DNA of 52,224 nucleotides. It comes from Chromera velia (Eukaryota). The stretch is from positions 1 through 52,224 of the forward strand of contig JAHBMJ010000268.1 of assembly GCA_018398765.1 (NCBI GenBank), read 5' to 3'. The position numbers and the translations under genes were made by a program. The notes under the pieces were generated by a model. The model saw only the letters and a list, made by a program, of their open reading frames with translations, was not told the origin of the DNA and did no database searches. Shown piece by piece: positions 18,078-32,868 of the stretch. Within the stretch, counting starts at the first letter, position 1. Every line of letters starts with the position of its first letter.

Positions 18078-18429
18078 AACCCTTCCCTGTCAAGTCCCAC
18101 CATGCAGCCAGTGCACAGCATGCCAGTCAGTCTCCCCTGAAGTGCCCAGCTGACCAGTCTCCCCTGAAGTGCCCAGCTGACCTACCAAACGTGCGAATAT
18201 ACGCACAGAACGACTGAGCCAGAGAGACGTGAGTCTCAGAGGTCCTGCTGAGAACGCAAATCCGTCTATACTATGCCTCACGAACGTTCCCTAAGTCCGC
18301 TTTAAAACCTTCCCTGTCAAGTTCAACCAGTACACGACTCGCCAGTCTGCTCCCCCCCGCTGCGTACTTTCAGATGATTCCCTTTGCACAGGTCACTCAG
18401 CCAGATCGAATGTGCAAACATGCGAGGTT

Positions 18430-19000
18430 GGCTAACTGAGTGACTGGGCTACAGATTGCTCAACTGGCTGACTGTCTATCTGACTGGCTAACTGACGTAC
18501 TGAAAGGCTGACTGATGCGCTTATTTTTTGACTGCGACTGACTGATGGGCTGATGGACCAGCGGACTGACTGACTGACTGATTGAAAGAGTGACTGAAGG
18601 GCTAACTAACCCACTAACGTGCTAACAGGCTGATCGCTAAGCTGACTGTCTGGCTGACTGGCTGGCTGGCTGACTACTTGCCAACTAACTTATTGTGACT
18701 GACTGTGACTGCTGGCTAGCTGACTAACGAGCTGAAGGGCGTACGGACTGACTCACGCACTTATGAAGACTGTTTGACCGGTAACTGGCTCGCTCACCAG
18801 CTGACTGGCTGGCTGACGAGGTGACAGTGTTGCTGACAGGCTGACTGTGCATGACTCACCGTGACTGGCAAACTGATTGGCTAAGTGACTGACTCATTGC
18901 ATGAGAAACTGAATGGCTAATGGACTGACTCACGTACTTACAGTTTGACTGCTGAATGGCTTGCTGCCTGACTGTCCAATTGTCTGGCTGATGTACTGAG
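18430..19000. repeat. Degenerate (CTGA/CTGG/CTAA)n tetranucleotide satellite
   Basis: Runs such as gactgactgactgactg and ctggctggctggctgac over about 570 bp; reads (GTCA)n on the minus strand. Confidence 0.85.
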
Positions 19001-21489
19001 TGACTGCAAGAGGAATCGCTTCTGACAGCCATCTCCAGCCGAAGGGCAGAGTCAACAATGCTCAAGATCTCCTCGTTCGCTTACGCTACATTCATTACGG
19101 GGCAAACCAATCCAGCCTATCGTGTATTCCTTCACGAGCTCTCAGAGTTGGCGTGCACCTCCCCTTTTGACTGACCTTTTTACATACAGACGATCAGCTC
19201 GCCGCACTTCAAGCCATTCAGAAGAAGTGTCACCCCCTATATAGATTCCTATAGAGTCAGAACATCAGTTTGTCGACCTAGTTGTGGAACAAGCGAGTCG
19301 ATCTGAAACGATATACGATGATGCGCTGATCGGTGATTCGACGGTGAATGTCACTGTCAGAAATTATATGTCAGACGAAAGAGACGCAGAGACGGAGACT
19401 CACACGCGCGAATGCGCAGGCGTGCGTTCGAACTTTGTGTCTAAAACAACATGTAGGACGACAGCTGGGGTGTTGCATGAAACTCAACTGCCCGATACTG
19501 CCCGTCTATGCCTGTCTCTTCACCTATATATGAATATATACATCAACTTCGACCATGCAATCCATTCACCCTAGCTGTCTGGAGACTCTCCCTAGCTGTT
19601 CCCCTAAAGGAGAGTCTCTTCCAGCCAGGATCATTGAGGGACGCCGAAGACCGATTTGAGATGATCCAATCGGAAGATCTTGATTCAATGGTGGGATCAG
19701 TTCTTCGATCACTATGGTGGGTGCCAAAACGCTCTTGTAGAAATTTTGAACTAGATTTTGAAAAGAGCGTGTCATGAAAAGAAGTGAGACGCAGAAGGCT
19801 CGGAAGACTCTGCAAACGCATTGCAAACACTACAACCAGGAAGTCCAGTCGGCAAAGCTTTTTCTGTGGGAGTGCATGGGGGCTCCTTGTTACAGAGGAC
19901 GCGCTCCCCCCCCTACGTGAGAGGACAAAGAAGGCACACGAGGCTTAAATGCAAATTTTGAAAATCGCACAGTGCAAAGATCTGCCCACTGCGATACAGT
20001 ACTATACCAACGGAAACGCGAAAGTCGAGGCGGCGGGGTTGGAAATGGATAAAGTGCTGACAGCAGTTGCTACCGTCTACTCGCACATTCAACGTCTTTT
20101 GAGACAAGACAAGCTGCCGACAGACTTGTCTTTCTTCGAGGTGCCCCACATCCTGGATGAAGCAAGTAAGTGCATGGGCCCCACGGTGACTGCAAGTGTG
20201 TCTGATTGTGTCTGTGTTTTCGTCTGTGGGTGTAGAAGGGAATTTGCTGGATGTGTTTTGGAGATGTGTCTGCGTGTGGCCAATGATCTGTTCGTTTAGA
20301 CAAGGAGGGAGGTCGTGAACTCTCCATCTCATGCGCGGTCTGGAGACAAAATAAAGTGCAGTCGTGTGCCATCGTGTGTGTGTCACTTTCAGAGAGAATT
20401 AAGTGGAGAAAGAAAGTGCGCTGTGCATTCATTGTGGTTGTTGAAGAAGGAAACTGAGAGGAAAGAAGAAAAGTTATGTATCTATCTTCCTGCACGCATC
20501 GATCATCTCAGCTTGCAATGCATTTTGGCTCTCTAGCTGCAGGCAGGGCACCTCGCCGCACCCCGGGCCCGCTGCACACGAGCTGCAAGGGCATGATGCT
20601 TCCTTCCGCTTTTGAAGGACATGAACAGCGGGTGGCAACTCCCGCCCTCCCCTGGCCCCAGAAGCGAAGCACAGGCACCCAGATCCCTGAGTCAGCTCAT
20701 TCGTCTTTTTAATTTGTTGTTTCATTCATAAAAAGAGGCACCCAGGCGTAAGAGACGGAGAAGAAGCGAGAATTAGGCAGAGAGACAGACCAGAACTTCT
20801 TCATTTATCGTTGCGAGGCCACTGGCAGGCTTTCTTTTTCCTTCCCAATTCCTATCTGCACTTCCCTTATATATGTGATTCGCTCACCACCCATATACAG
20901 TGACGATGCTTTCTCTGTTTAATTTTGTATGAACATGAATGCAGATCCCGTCGCTGCTGCGACGTCTGGGACTCCTCTCGACAAGGCGAACACAGCAAAG
21001 GTCACGCAGAGGATTCTCGCTGGGATGGCGGAGCCGGAAAAGGTCCGTCCGTCCGTCCGACTTGGCAATGCTCCCTTTGATTGTATGCGCTGCATGTCTG
21101 TGGCCGGATTTTCCCAGCTAGAGACTAGGCTACAGAAATCAGTCAATCAAATTGAAAGGATTAAAGTGACAGACGTGTTGACTCCGATTGAATTTTGAGG
21201 GTGATTTAGGATACATAAGTGAGGTGTTTGCTGCTCAGATGAAGGTCGTTTTGGATGCGCCTGGTGCCTGACGGATAGAAGTGCAACAGCAGAACAGAGT
21301 TTCTCTGAAGTTTTTGAGTGGAGTTCTTTGATCGATACAGCCGTTTCATGGTCATTTCATATAAATATTTTGATACTTGAGGTGCAGCGGGGCATCCAGA
21401 AACTGCAGGGCGAGAAGAAGGGTCTAGAAGGATCACAAGCACGTCAGTTATTAATGGGGACAGCCTCCTGTATTGCAAATTAAGCTGCG

Positions 21490-22345
21490 CATCTCGTTCG
21501 GCCTCTCTTCCCGTCTGCCAATCTCGTTCGGCCTCCTATGACAGTCTGCCGATTTTGTTTGCCCTCCTGTCTGCCAATCTCATCCAATCTCGTTCGGCGG
21601 TCTCTCATCACATCTGCCCATGCATCTGGTTCGGCTTCTTTTCTGCCAGCCATTCTCGCGAATCTCGATGTGGCATGCAGATACTGCTTCAAGATGAGTG
21701 TCAAAAAAGTTCCCTTCCTCAAGTTGACTGAAAACCCGTGCTTTCACAAAAGCGAAACGTTTTGGGGAAAGGGGGCGCTCTTCCCTCTCCGGTTGGTATG
21801 TAAAACTTTAAACAACAGTATCGTATCTGAGTTCGGAGGGCCATGTTGCATGTCAATTGACAATATTGTGAAGAAACTCGCTCATTGGATGATGGACCTG
21901 CCAGAGAAGCTGCCAGAGGAGGCGCTACTCCGTAGGGTAGTGGAAACCAAGCAGGGGCAGATACTACTTCTTCTTCAGACGTACGCCGAGACCACTTTCC
22001 CCATCCACAAAGATTTCCCTCTTGAGTCCATCTGGAACAGACTCCAGATGAGAGAGTTCTCCAACGTTCTCGGCATTATGGAAGGATTTGCAAAGACGGC
22101 CGACCTTGGCAACTTCACCTTCTTCAACAATAAGTTCCACAAACACGTGCTGAAACACTTAATGCTCTTCCTCAAGAAGTGCGCGCGGTATTCCACACTT
22201 CTCTCAGCCAAGCAAATGCTTGAAGAGCGTGACTGCCGACTCTTTGACTGGCTGGCCTACATAGGAGGTCGGACGTTCAAGGAGCCCTGGAGTTCCTCCT
22301 GCTCATTAGAGACGGGGATTTCCTTCTCTCTCTCTCTCTCTCTCT

Positions 22346-22381
<36 letters not shown>

Positions 22382-22760
22382 TGCGAAAGGAAATGCATGG
22401 GGGCAGAGTTCCATTTGGAGAACCTGTCTTCTGGCGTTCTCCGGCTTCGTTCACCAGGGTTGAGCTCGAAACATTCTTTGACACCCAGGAAGAAGATGCT
22501 GACGGCCCGACCGAGAAATTCCTCATCACCCCCTCGATGTGGAATGAAGCGGTCGGTCTGCCAATCTCGTTCGGCTCGGCAACTCTTAATTCCCGTCTGC
22601 CAGTCTCGTTCGGCTCGGCAACTCTTAATTCTCGTCTGTCAGTCTCGTTCAGCCTCTTTTTCCGTCTGCTAATCTTGTTCAGCCTCTGCTAATCTCGATC
22701 GTTTGGCCTTCTGTGACTGTCTGCCGATTTTGTTCGCCCTCCTGTCTGCCAATCTCGTCG
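21490..22760. repeat. Two clusters (21490-21670 and 22555-22760) of a degenerate ctgccaatctcgttcggc repeat
   Basis: The unit recurs several times per cluster; each cluster precedes an exon ending in a near-identical peptide (STLLSAxxxLEERDxRLFDWLAYxGGxTFK). Confidence 0.8.
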
Positions 22761-24102
22761 AATTCACCTCTATGAGGTGAAGGTGGCTGTGTTTATCTCC
22801 AAAGACAAAGTTAATGACCCGCCACCCCTGCCCGCATATATCCAAGAAGACGTGCGCCTTTTAATCCAAGAAGCGGCGAGCGGTTCCACGCTTCTTTCAG
22901 CCCAGCATGTGCTTGAAGAGCGTGACTGGCGACTCTTTGACTGGCTGGCCTACATGGGAGGTCAGACGTTCAAGGTGCGCTGTACGCTCCTTCTGGGCTG
23001 TACGGAGACTGCCAAGATCATGTGCAAGTGGGTGAAGGTGATGCACAATCGTCTTACCACTCAGGGGCCTTCCTTCGTCTGTGGACTTCAGAGAGCAGGG
23101 CAGAGATACAACAGGATGGCCGCAAATCTGAATCGGTCAGTCACTTAGTCGATCAGAGGAAGGGGGGGTGAGTGAGTGACTTTAGTTGTTGCCCTTTTTG
23201 AAATTCGCTCTATTGTATGCAGTGCATGGATACCTGCTTTCTGGTTTGGTTGTATTTCTGATTGATGAGTTGCCTTAGTTCTTTCCATCCAGTCGCCGTA
23301 TGTGTGGTATCTCCTATGCCAATGGAGTGCCTAGCTGCACTGCTCTCTCTCATGTTTTGCTGCTGAATGTGCTTGTGAAGTTCCTGTGAGAAATCTGGTC
23401 CTGCTTTTGACGGTCAGTGTCGGTTTTCTTATACCAAAGCACCTGAGCATGTGTAGCAACCGCGTATTGTCTGTTCTGTTCGGGTGGCCTTTGAAAACTT
23501 TTAAAGTGTTTTTACGGGATACATCTAGATTCTCAAATGCATGCATTCATCGCTCATCTGGATGTGCATGGGTGCAGAGAGCAGGGGGGATTCTGTAATT
23601 TCCGTGTGTGGAGAAATCCCCACCTGGCAAATTACAGGTCGTCCCTTTCAAAGACTACGAGGAAGCGATTGCGAAACATTGTGGAGCATGCTACAGAGGA
23701 ACATCTGAGGTGGGTGCTGCATGGAGGAGTGGAGGTGCCCAGCCATCATCATGCTCCATCCCGCAGGTAGTGCAACAGCAGCAGCATTCACAATGCCGGT
23801 CATTCTCCCTCGGCCCTCTCCTGCGCCTCTGAAGGCGGAGGTGGGCGTGAAGGTGGAAGAGGGCGCCCCCATCCCATATGTGGTGGGGGTGGTAAGGCAG
23901 AAGGCGTAGACGGAGGGGGAGAGCTAGGGAGAGAGAGAGTCGACGGGAGGAAGGATGGGTTCCATTCCCTCCAATCAAGAAAGAGGAGGGTCAAGAGGAC
24001 GAGGAGGAGCTAGAAAGAACAGGTGAGTGAGGCATGATCGTTTTCCCTGGTCCAGTGCAAAATGGAATGACCACAGCAGCCGTAACGCTCCCAGACTCCT
24101 TC

Positions 24103-24976
24103 AACAGAGTGGACTCCAAAGTAGGACTTAGTGGAATTCAAAGTGACTTTTAAATTTACTATATTCTAGCTTCATTATAAAGTAAAACTAGGTTGCTTAA
24201 AGCAATCTAGAGCATTTTAAAGCATTTAAAATCGTTACTCCTGTGTGAATCTGCTCAAATGTGCTCAAAAGACTGGTTAATTAGCTAGGGTGCACGGTGG
24301 GAAAAATTATGATCACCGCGGTACGTAGAAGTTAGTGAATGTTACCTGCAAAGAAATACACAGGCACAACACTAATGGATACGCTCAAAAGCAACGTTTA
24401 GCGCCGCCAATCAACTACAAAGAATTGCTTTTTCTGCAAGGGAAATAATGCAGGAAAGAGGGCTTCACAGCTAGGCTGGTCAGACCGGACAGGAGGCGGT
24501 CAGTAGGGGTTGGACAGGATTCCAAAGAACAAAGCACAGAGACAATATAATTCAGAATCTTTTCACAAAGAAGTCACACTACACAGTGCAAAAGCTTGGA
24601 AATCGTTCTGCATGTGTTAATGAGAAACTGTGAAAAAGAAGGACAGGTCCGTAGTTGATTGGCGGTGCTAAATGTTGCTTTTGAGCATATCCATTAGTGT
24701 TGTGCCTGTGTATTTCTTTGCAGGTAACATTCACTAACTTCTACGTGCCGTGGTGATCATAATTTTTCCTACCATGCACCCTAGCTAATCAACCAGTCTT
24801 TTGAGATCTTTTGAACACATTTGAGCAGATTCACACAGGAGTAACGATTTTAAATGCTTTAAAATGCTCTAGATTGCTTTAAGCAACCTAGTTTTACTTT
24901 ATAATGAAGCTAGAATATAGTAAATTTAAAAGTCACTTTGAATTCCACGAAGTCCTACTTTAGAGTCCACTCTGTT
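24103..24976. mobile_element. Foldback / long-TIR non-autonomous element (874 bp)
   Basis: Inverted arms 24103-24418 and 24651-24976 are near identical (about 10 substitutions and one ~10 bp indel) around a ~232 bp spacer; 4 bp direct repeat cttc immediately on both sides (24099-24102, 24977-24980). Confidence 0.9.
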
Positions 24977-25518
24977 CTTCCATCTTGAGAATGTACATGT
25001 GTACTGCCCAATCTGATTCAAAGAAGCAATGGAAAAGGGGAATGTTATGATGGTCACCCGGGGGGGGGTTGAAAGGGGTGAAGTTTCCATGGATAAGGCT
25101 TCTGCATGCTCCTCCGAGCCCTATACTCTCTCCAATTACAGAGCCCGACTCTGAGTCGAACTCCAACTCCGAGTATGATTCAGACGATTTGGATGATGAG
25201 GATGGAAGCTAGGATAGAAGAAGGAGGGCGAAAAGGAAGAGAATACCCCCCTTGAATTTATAGGTCAAAGTTGTTTCAAAAAAATTACTTAGATTTTTTA
25301 AATATAGGTCTAGATATAAGTGTACAAATATCATTATTTACTAGATTATTTAATTGTCACAAATGATAATGCTTTAGGCAAGCGTACTTAGCCATGTGCC
25401 TACAGTTCAAGTTCTTTTTTTTCCCTCTCTGTTCATATTTCTAAAAAATATAATCAACCTTATATAACCAATGTGATGATACTATGTGATGATGATAATG
25501 ATGATTAAGGGTTAAATC

Positions 25519-25759
25519 CTAGACGACGCACAGTGGTAAAAAAAAAAAAAATAGACATGTCGAGATTTTTTTTTCTTTTTTTTTTTTTTTAGTCTAGTGG
25601 TCAAAGGTCCAAGCAAACTTAGCAAAGGTAGGTTTTGTAGTTAGATGTGTTTTTGTTATATGTTTGGCACTTCCAATAAAATAATAGAAAAAAAAATAAA
25701 AAAGATTAGGCTTCTCCAGATTTTTTTTTTCTTTTTTTTTATCACTGTGCGTCGCCTAG
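25519..25759. mobile_element. MITE, 241 bp, 8 bp TSD
   Basis: TIRs ctagacgacgcacagtggtaaaaaa and ttttttatcactgtgcgtcgcctag; TSD gttaaatc at 25511-25518 and 25760-25767. Confidence 0.8.
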
Positions 25760-26476
25760 GTTAAATCTTAGACCCAGCGACACTAGATAACATCAGATTC
25801 CAAGCTACTACAATTAAGATACTAATAGCGAACTGAGCGAAGGCTTTGACTTAGTTGAGCTTTAATTATAAGGTCCGAGTCAATCTAAAGCACGCATGTA
25901 AACATGTATATAATTTGTTAGATTACATAATTGACTAGCAATGACTACAGTATTATGTCAGTATAGCTGATAGTGTACTAATTATAGGTATTTAATAATC
26001 AAATAAGAGGGCGGGAGGCCAATCAATCAATCAATCCGAGAGCCAATCAATCAAATCCTAATCCTATTAAATAAAACTATAGTATAAAGATAAAACTATA
26101 AGTCTATAACTTCAACATTAGTTTGATGATTACTATATGTTATTAAAGTTGACTAAACTAGTATTAAATTTGTATTTGTCACGGTCTGAGTATATGTTCG
26201 GCAGTCTGCGACGGCAGATACACATTCAGCTCCACTAGCGGCTACATCAGTTAGTGCGGTCACTGCTTGTAACTAGGCTTGTCATGTTTTGTAAAGAAGG
26301 CATTTGTCACACTTCAAAACCTTTTGCGGGTAGCAAATTCAATTGATTTAACTCGGTGTAACGCCTGACTAGTGTACGTACCACAGAAATCACAGATCAT
26401 TCATTCATCGACACATGAAGTTAACTACTAGCAGCCAGAGCGGCATTTCAGAGGCACTCACTCTGGAGACTGCTGC

Positions 26477-29525
<3,049 letters not shown>

Positions 29526-30705
29526 GGATAGACGACGATCTCAGTCCCCCTTCTCCGCTCAAGAGAAACAGGAGGGAAAGCAAACAGTTGCGAATCCTGT
29601 GATACCAATTAGGAGACACAGAAGAACGCAGAGAGATACTGCAGATCCAACACTTCACTCCCAAATGACGACAGGAAAACAGGTAGAGTCGCGCTGCCCG
29701 AACCGATGCGGATCTATCGTGATCTCTACGCTGTGTGCCGGGCCACAATGGCTCCTGCTTATATGCCCTGACACAAGACGTTAAAACAACACAACTCCAG
29801 TTTCGTAAATTGATTGGTGTATACAATAGAATATTTTGCCTTCGACTTGTCAGGCCGGTTACCCGATCAACCGTGCAGGGAATTTGTATGCATGTCGAGC
29901 GCAGAAGCAAGTTGAATACACCGCCTGACTCAGAATCTTCATGAATCTAGCTTCTTGCTCTCTCCTTTGTGTGTGTGCATGCATGGACGATGATCGATGC
30001 GCGTAGACGGCCGCGAATGGCCGCGATTGCATGGCGACACGCGACAGCACGCGCGCCCGCGGCCGGCTCCGCTCAAGTACATGCCGCGCCGGACCTCCCC
30101 CCGAAAGAGTCCCCCCCCTAGCCAGCGGCAGCAAACCTGGCCCCCTACTTTGTATACAGGCACAGCTAATAATACCACATAGCCTGATGCTGTCGCCTCG
30201 GGGGGCAGTTCAGCTCTGCTGAGATCAGCCGAGAGGCCCTGAGATCGCACAGACTCGCATAACGCATTTTTTTATTTTTTGGGGGGGGATCGGCTCTGTC
30301 TCTATTACGGTGTCACTTAAGTTCTTTGAATGTGCCCCTCAAGCAACTCGCACGGAGCCGCGATCACACATGCTTTATAATTATATTTTATACATGCGTG
30401 TCCCTCAAGTAACTCATACAGAGTTGCTTCATATATATGACGTGCGCGTGGTTCTGAAAAACATACTTCACGCGTGTTGCCGTGGCCCCCGCCTACCCCC
30501 ACCCCATTGCAGCACACAAGACATGCCCAAACCCCCGATGGTCTGCATCAATCAAATATTAGCGGACCCCCTAAATGGCCCCCCGAGGCACTTACCCAAC
30601 TGGTCAGGTATATCCCATTATACAATAATTTTTATAAAATATATTTAATGTTTCTTTAAACTTTCTTAGTATAAATATTTGACAGTCGGCCACGGGGATT
30701 CTGAA

Positions 30706-30941
30706 AACCCCCCTGACACTCCACTCTGTCTTCAAATTAATTTTTTAATGTTAGCCATACCTGCGGCGCTGTTCCTTCAAGACTGTCTGTGCTTTCCACA
30801 AAAAAATTTTAAGTATACTTGATTTTAGCCGCGCCTTTGGCATGCTACCTTCAAGTTAAGCCGCGCCTGTGGTGCAAGCGTTTCAAGTCTGGCCGCGCCT
30901 ACGGCGCGGCGTTTCAAGTTTACTGGAGTGTTAGGGGGGTT
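30706..30941. mobile_element. MITE-like element, 236 bp, with internal GCCGCGCC hairpin repeats
   Basis: Inverted ends aacccccctgacactcca and tggagtgttaggggggtt (17/18); direct repeat attctgaa at 30698-30705 and 30942-30949; three gccgcgcct units inside. Could alternatively be the facing ends of two adjacent elements. Confidence 0.6.
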
Positions 30942-31668
30942 ATTCTGAAACATATTTCTGATATATTTTTACATATTTCTTATTATTTTTTAAAAAATGA
31001 GATCTCTTTCATCCAAACTTGGATTGAATTTGAATTGAGGCAGTAACTGAATGAATAGTAACTATTATATAACAATGTGACAGCATTGACTAGCAGCATC
31101 TAGAGCAGCATTGAGAACGTCTATATTATTTTTGTTTCATGTTCAGTTAGGATTCTAGTTAGGGTTAGACGCATCTTGCTTATACTTGCATGTATTAAAA
31201 TTTTTAATAAATCAACAGATTAATTTGGCATTAAACGAAAGACCTACACATAAATTAAACTCTATCACATGTTTTCTGAATTGACATGCGAACAATTCAC
31301 CGATCAAACTGATTCAGCTGGGATGCGTCCACGGCCTTTTTCGTAAATTTAGCTCCATCAAGGACTTTTTCTCTCTTTTTCACCCTTCTACGCAATCTCT
31401 CTTTGACGGAATCGCCCGATCCCGGCCCCAATGCACAGACAGATGGATGCAGCAACATCTTGGCTCAGGCTGCACTTCAGAGCAAACCATGCATTCCTTG
31501 CAGCTGTTCTCATCCTCTACATCGTTGATCGATCATACGTCTAACTCTCCTCTCTGGATTTCTTCGAAAAGTGCACAAATACAGACATTCTCCCCAGCCC
31601 CCCTCCCAATGGACAGAAGAAGTGAAACAAAGCAAAAAAAGTAGTCAGTGTCGCCCTTCACTTTCCTG

Positions 31669-32796
31669 CTACTGTATTCCTGTCTTCTTTAAACCGGGAC
31701 CCCTGTTTGATGGCTTCTTCACCTGCAGACAGACAGAAACGGAAGGGGGAGAGGAGATACTGAATTAAGAGATGAAAGAATGAATATTGATCCAATTCCC
31801 GAACAGACAGAGCAGAGACATCTGACTGACTGACAGACAGAGAACCCACCCATCAAAAACTCGACATCCAGTATGGTATCACTATTCCCCGCCTCACTTC
31901 TGCTGACCAAGCCCCCCCGCTTCACTGACCAAATTCACCCCCCCGTTGAATGTATCGATCGAACTAGCGGCGTTCAAGGAAACCCCGCGCTGTCCTAAAT
32001 TATACCAGTCTCGGAAAATCCAAAGGCGAAAGAAACACACACAAGAAACAAAACACGAGCGAACCATCAGATGCATCATTCAACAAAACAAGATCGATCT
32101 CTCGATTGAGAGACCAACGGCGTTAATTTTGTCATCCCCTCACTGCACCGCTCTGCCTCTTCGACTGACCCGGACCCTGACTGACTGATTCTGAATGACG
32201 TACTGACTTTGTATATGCGTACAATCCAGTTCGTCGTGGTGTACGCTTCTTCTAAGTGTTTGAACTTGATGTCTTTGATCCCTATCTCTTCGTTCCTGCA
32301 TCATCGATGGATACATTCAGCCAGCCATGCATCCCCCGTGCATTCATCTATCTATGCATGCATCCGTGCGTTGTTTGGCAAAGTGGTCCATCCAGTCAGG
32401 AACTCGGATGGGAAAATAAAACAGGAAGGAGCTTTTGCTTGTCCTTTTCTTGTTCGCGTCCTTACCGCCCCTTTGCAGCCCCTCTTTTCATTCGAGCAGG
32501 CGAACTGTATCTGCATTCGTGAGGGCGTTGTTCTCCTGCCTGCCTTGCTTGCGCAAGAAACCACATCGAATAAACAGACTTGAGAGGTCGATCAACCAAC
32601 ACCGCGCTCTTCTGCGTCGGTTCCCTCCGACCCCTTCCACGCCGCTGGATGCCCCCCTGCCTGTCCGTCTGCTTTCTTTCACCCACAACTTTTCTTTTCT
32701 TTCAGTCAGTCCATCAGTCTTCTTCGGATCTGATTTAGCGGCTCTCCACCTTACCTTGTGTAGTCAAATCCTCGCGTCATTTCTCCTGCCCTGCAT

Positions 32797-32868
<72 letters not shown>

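Larger units (their letters stand above)
19572..25212 (+). pseudogene. Multi-exon lineage-specific gene of unknown function, disrupted by stops, frameshifts, internal duplication and a foldback insertion
   Basis: Protein-like exons near 19949-20164, 21680-22281, 22777-22973, 23578-23710, 23766-24022 and 24055-25212 with GT-AG borders. Removing the 24103-24976 element restores frame in the last exon, which still has a TGA and a poly-G frameshift before the acidic tail ...DDLDDEDGS-stop. Could be more than one gene. Confidence 0.5.

Noticed and set aside
18128..18181. 27 bp tandem duplication cagtctcccctgaagtgcccagctgac
   Set aside because: Simple local slippage with no further structure.
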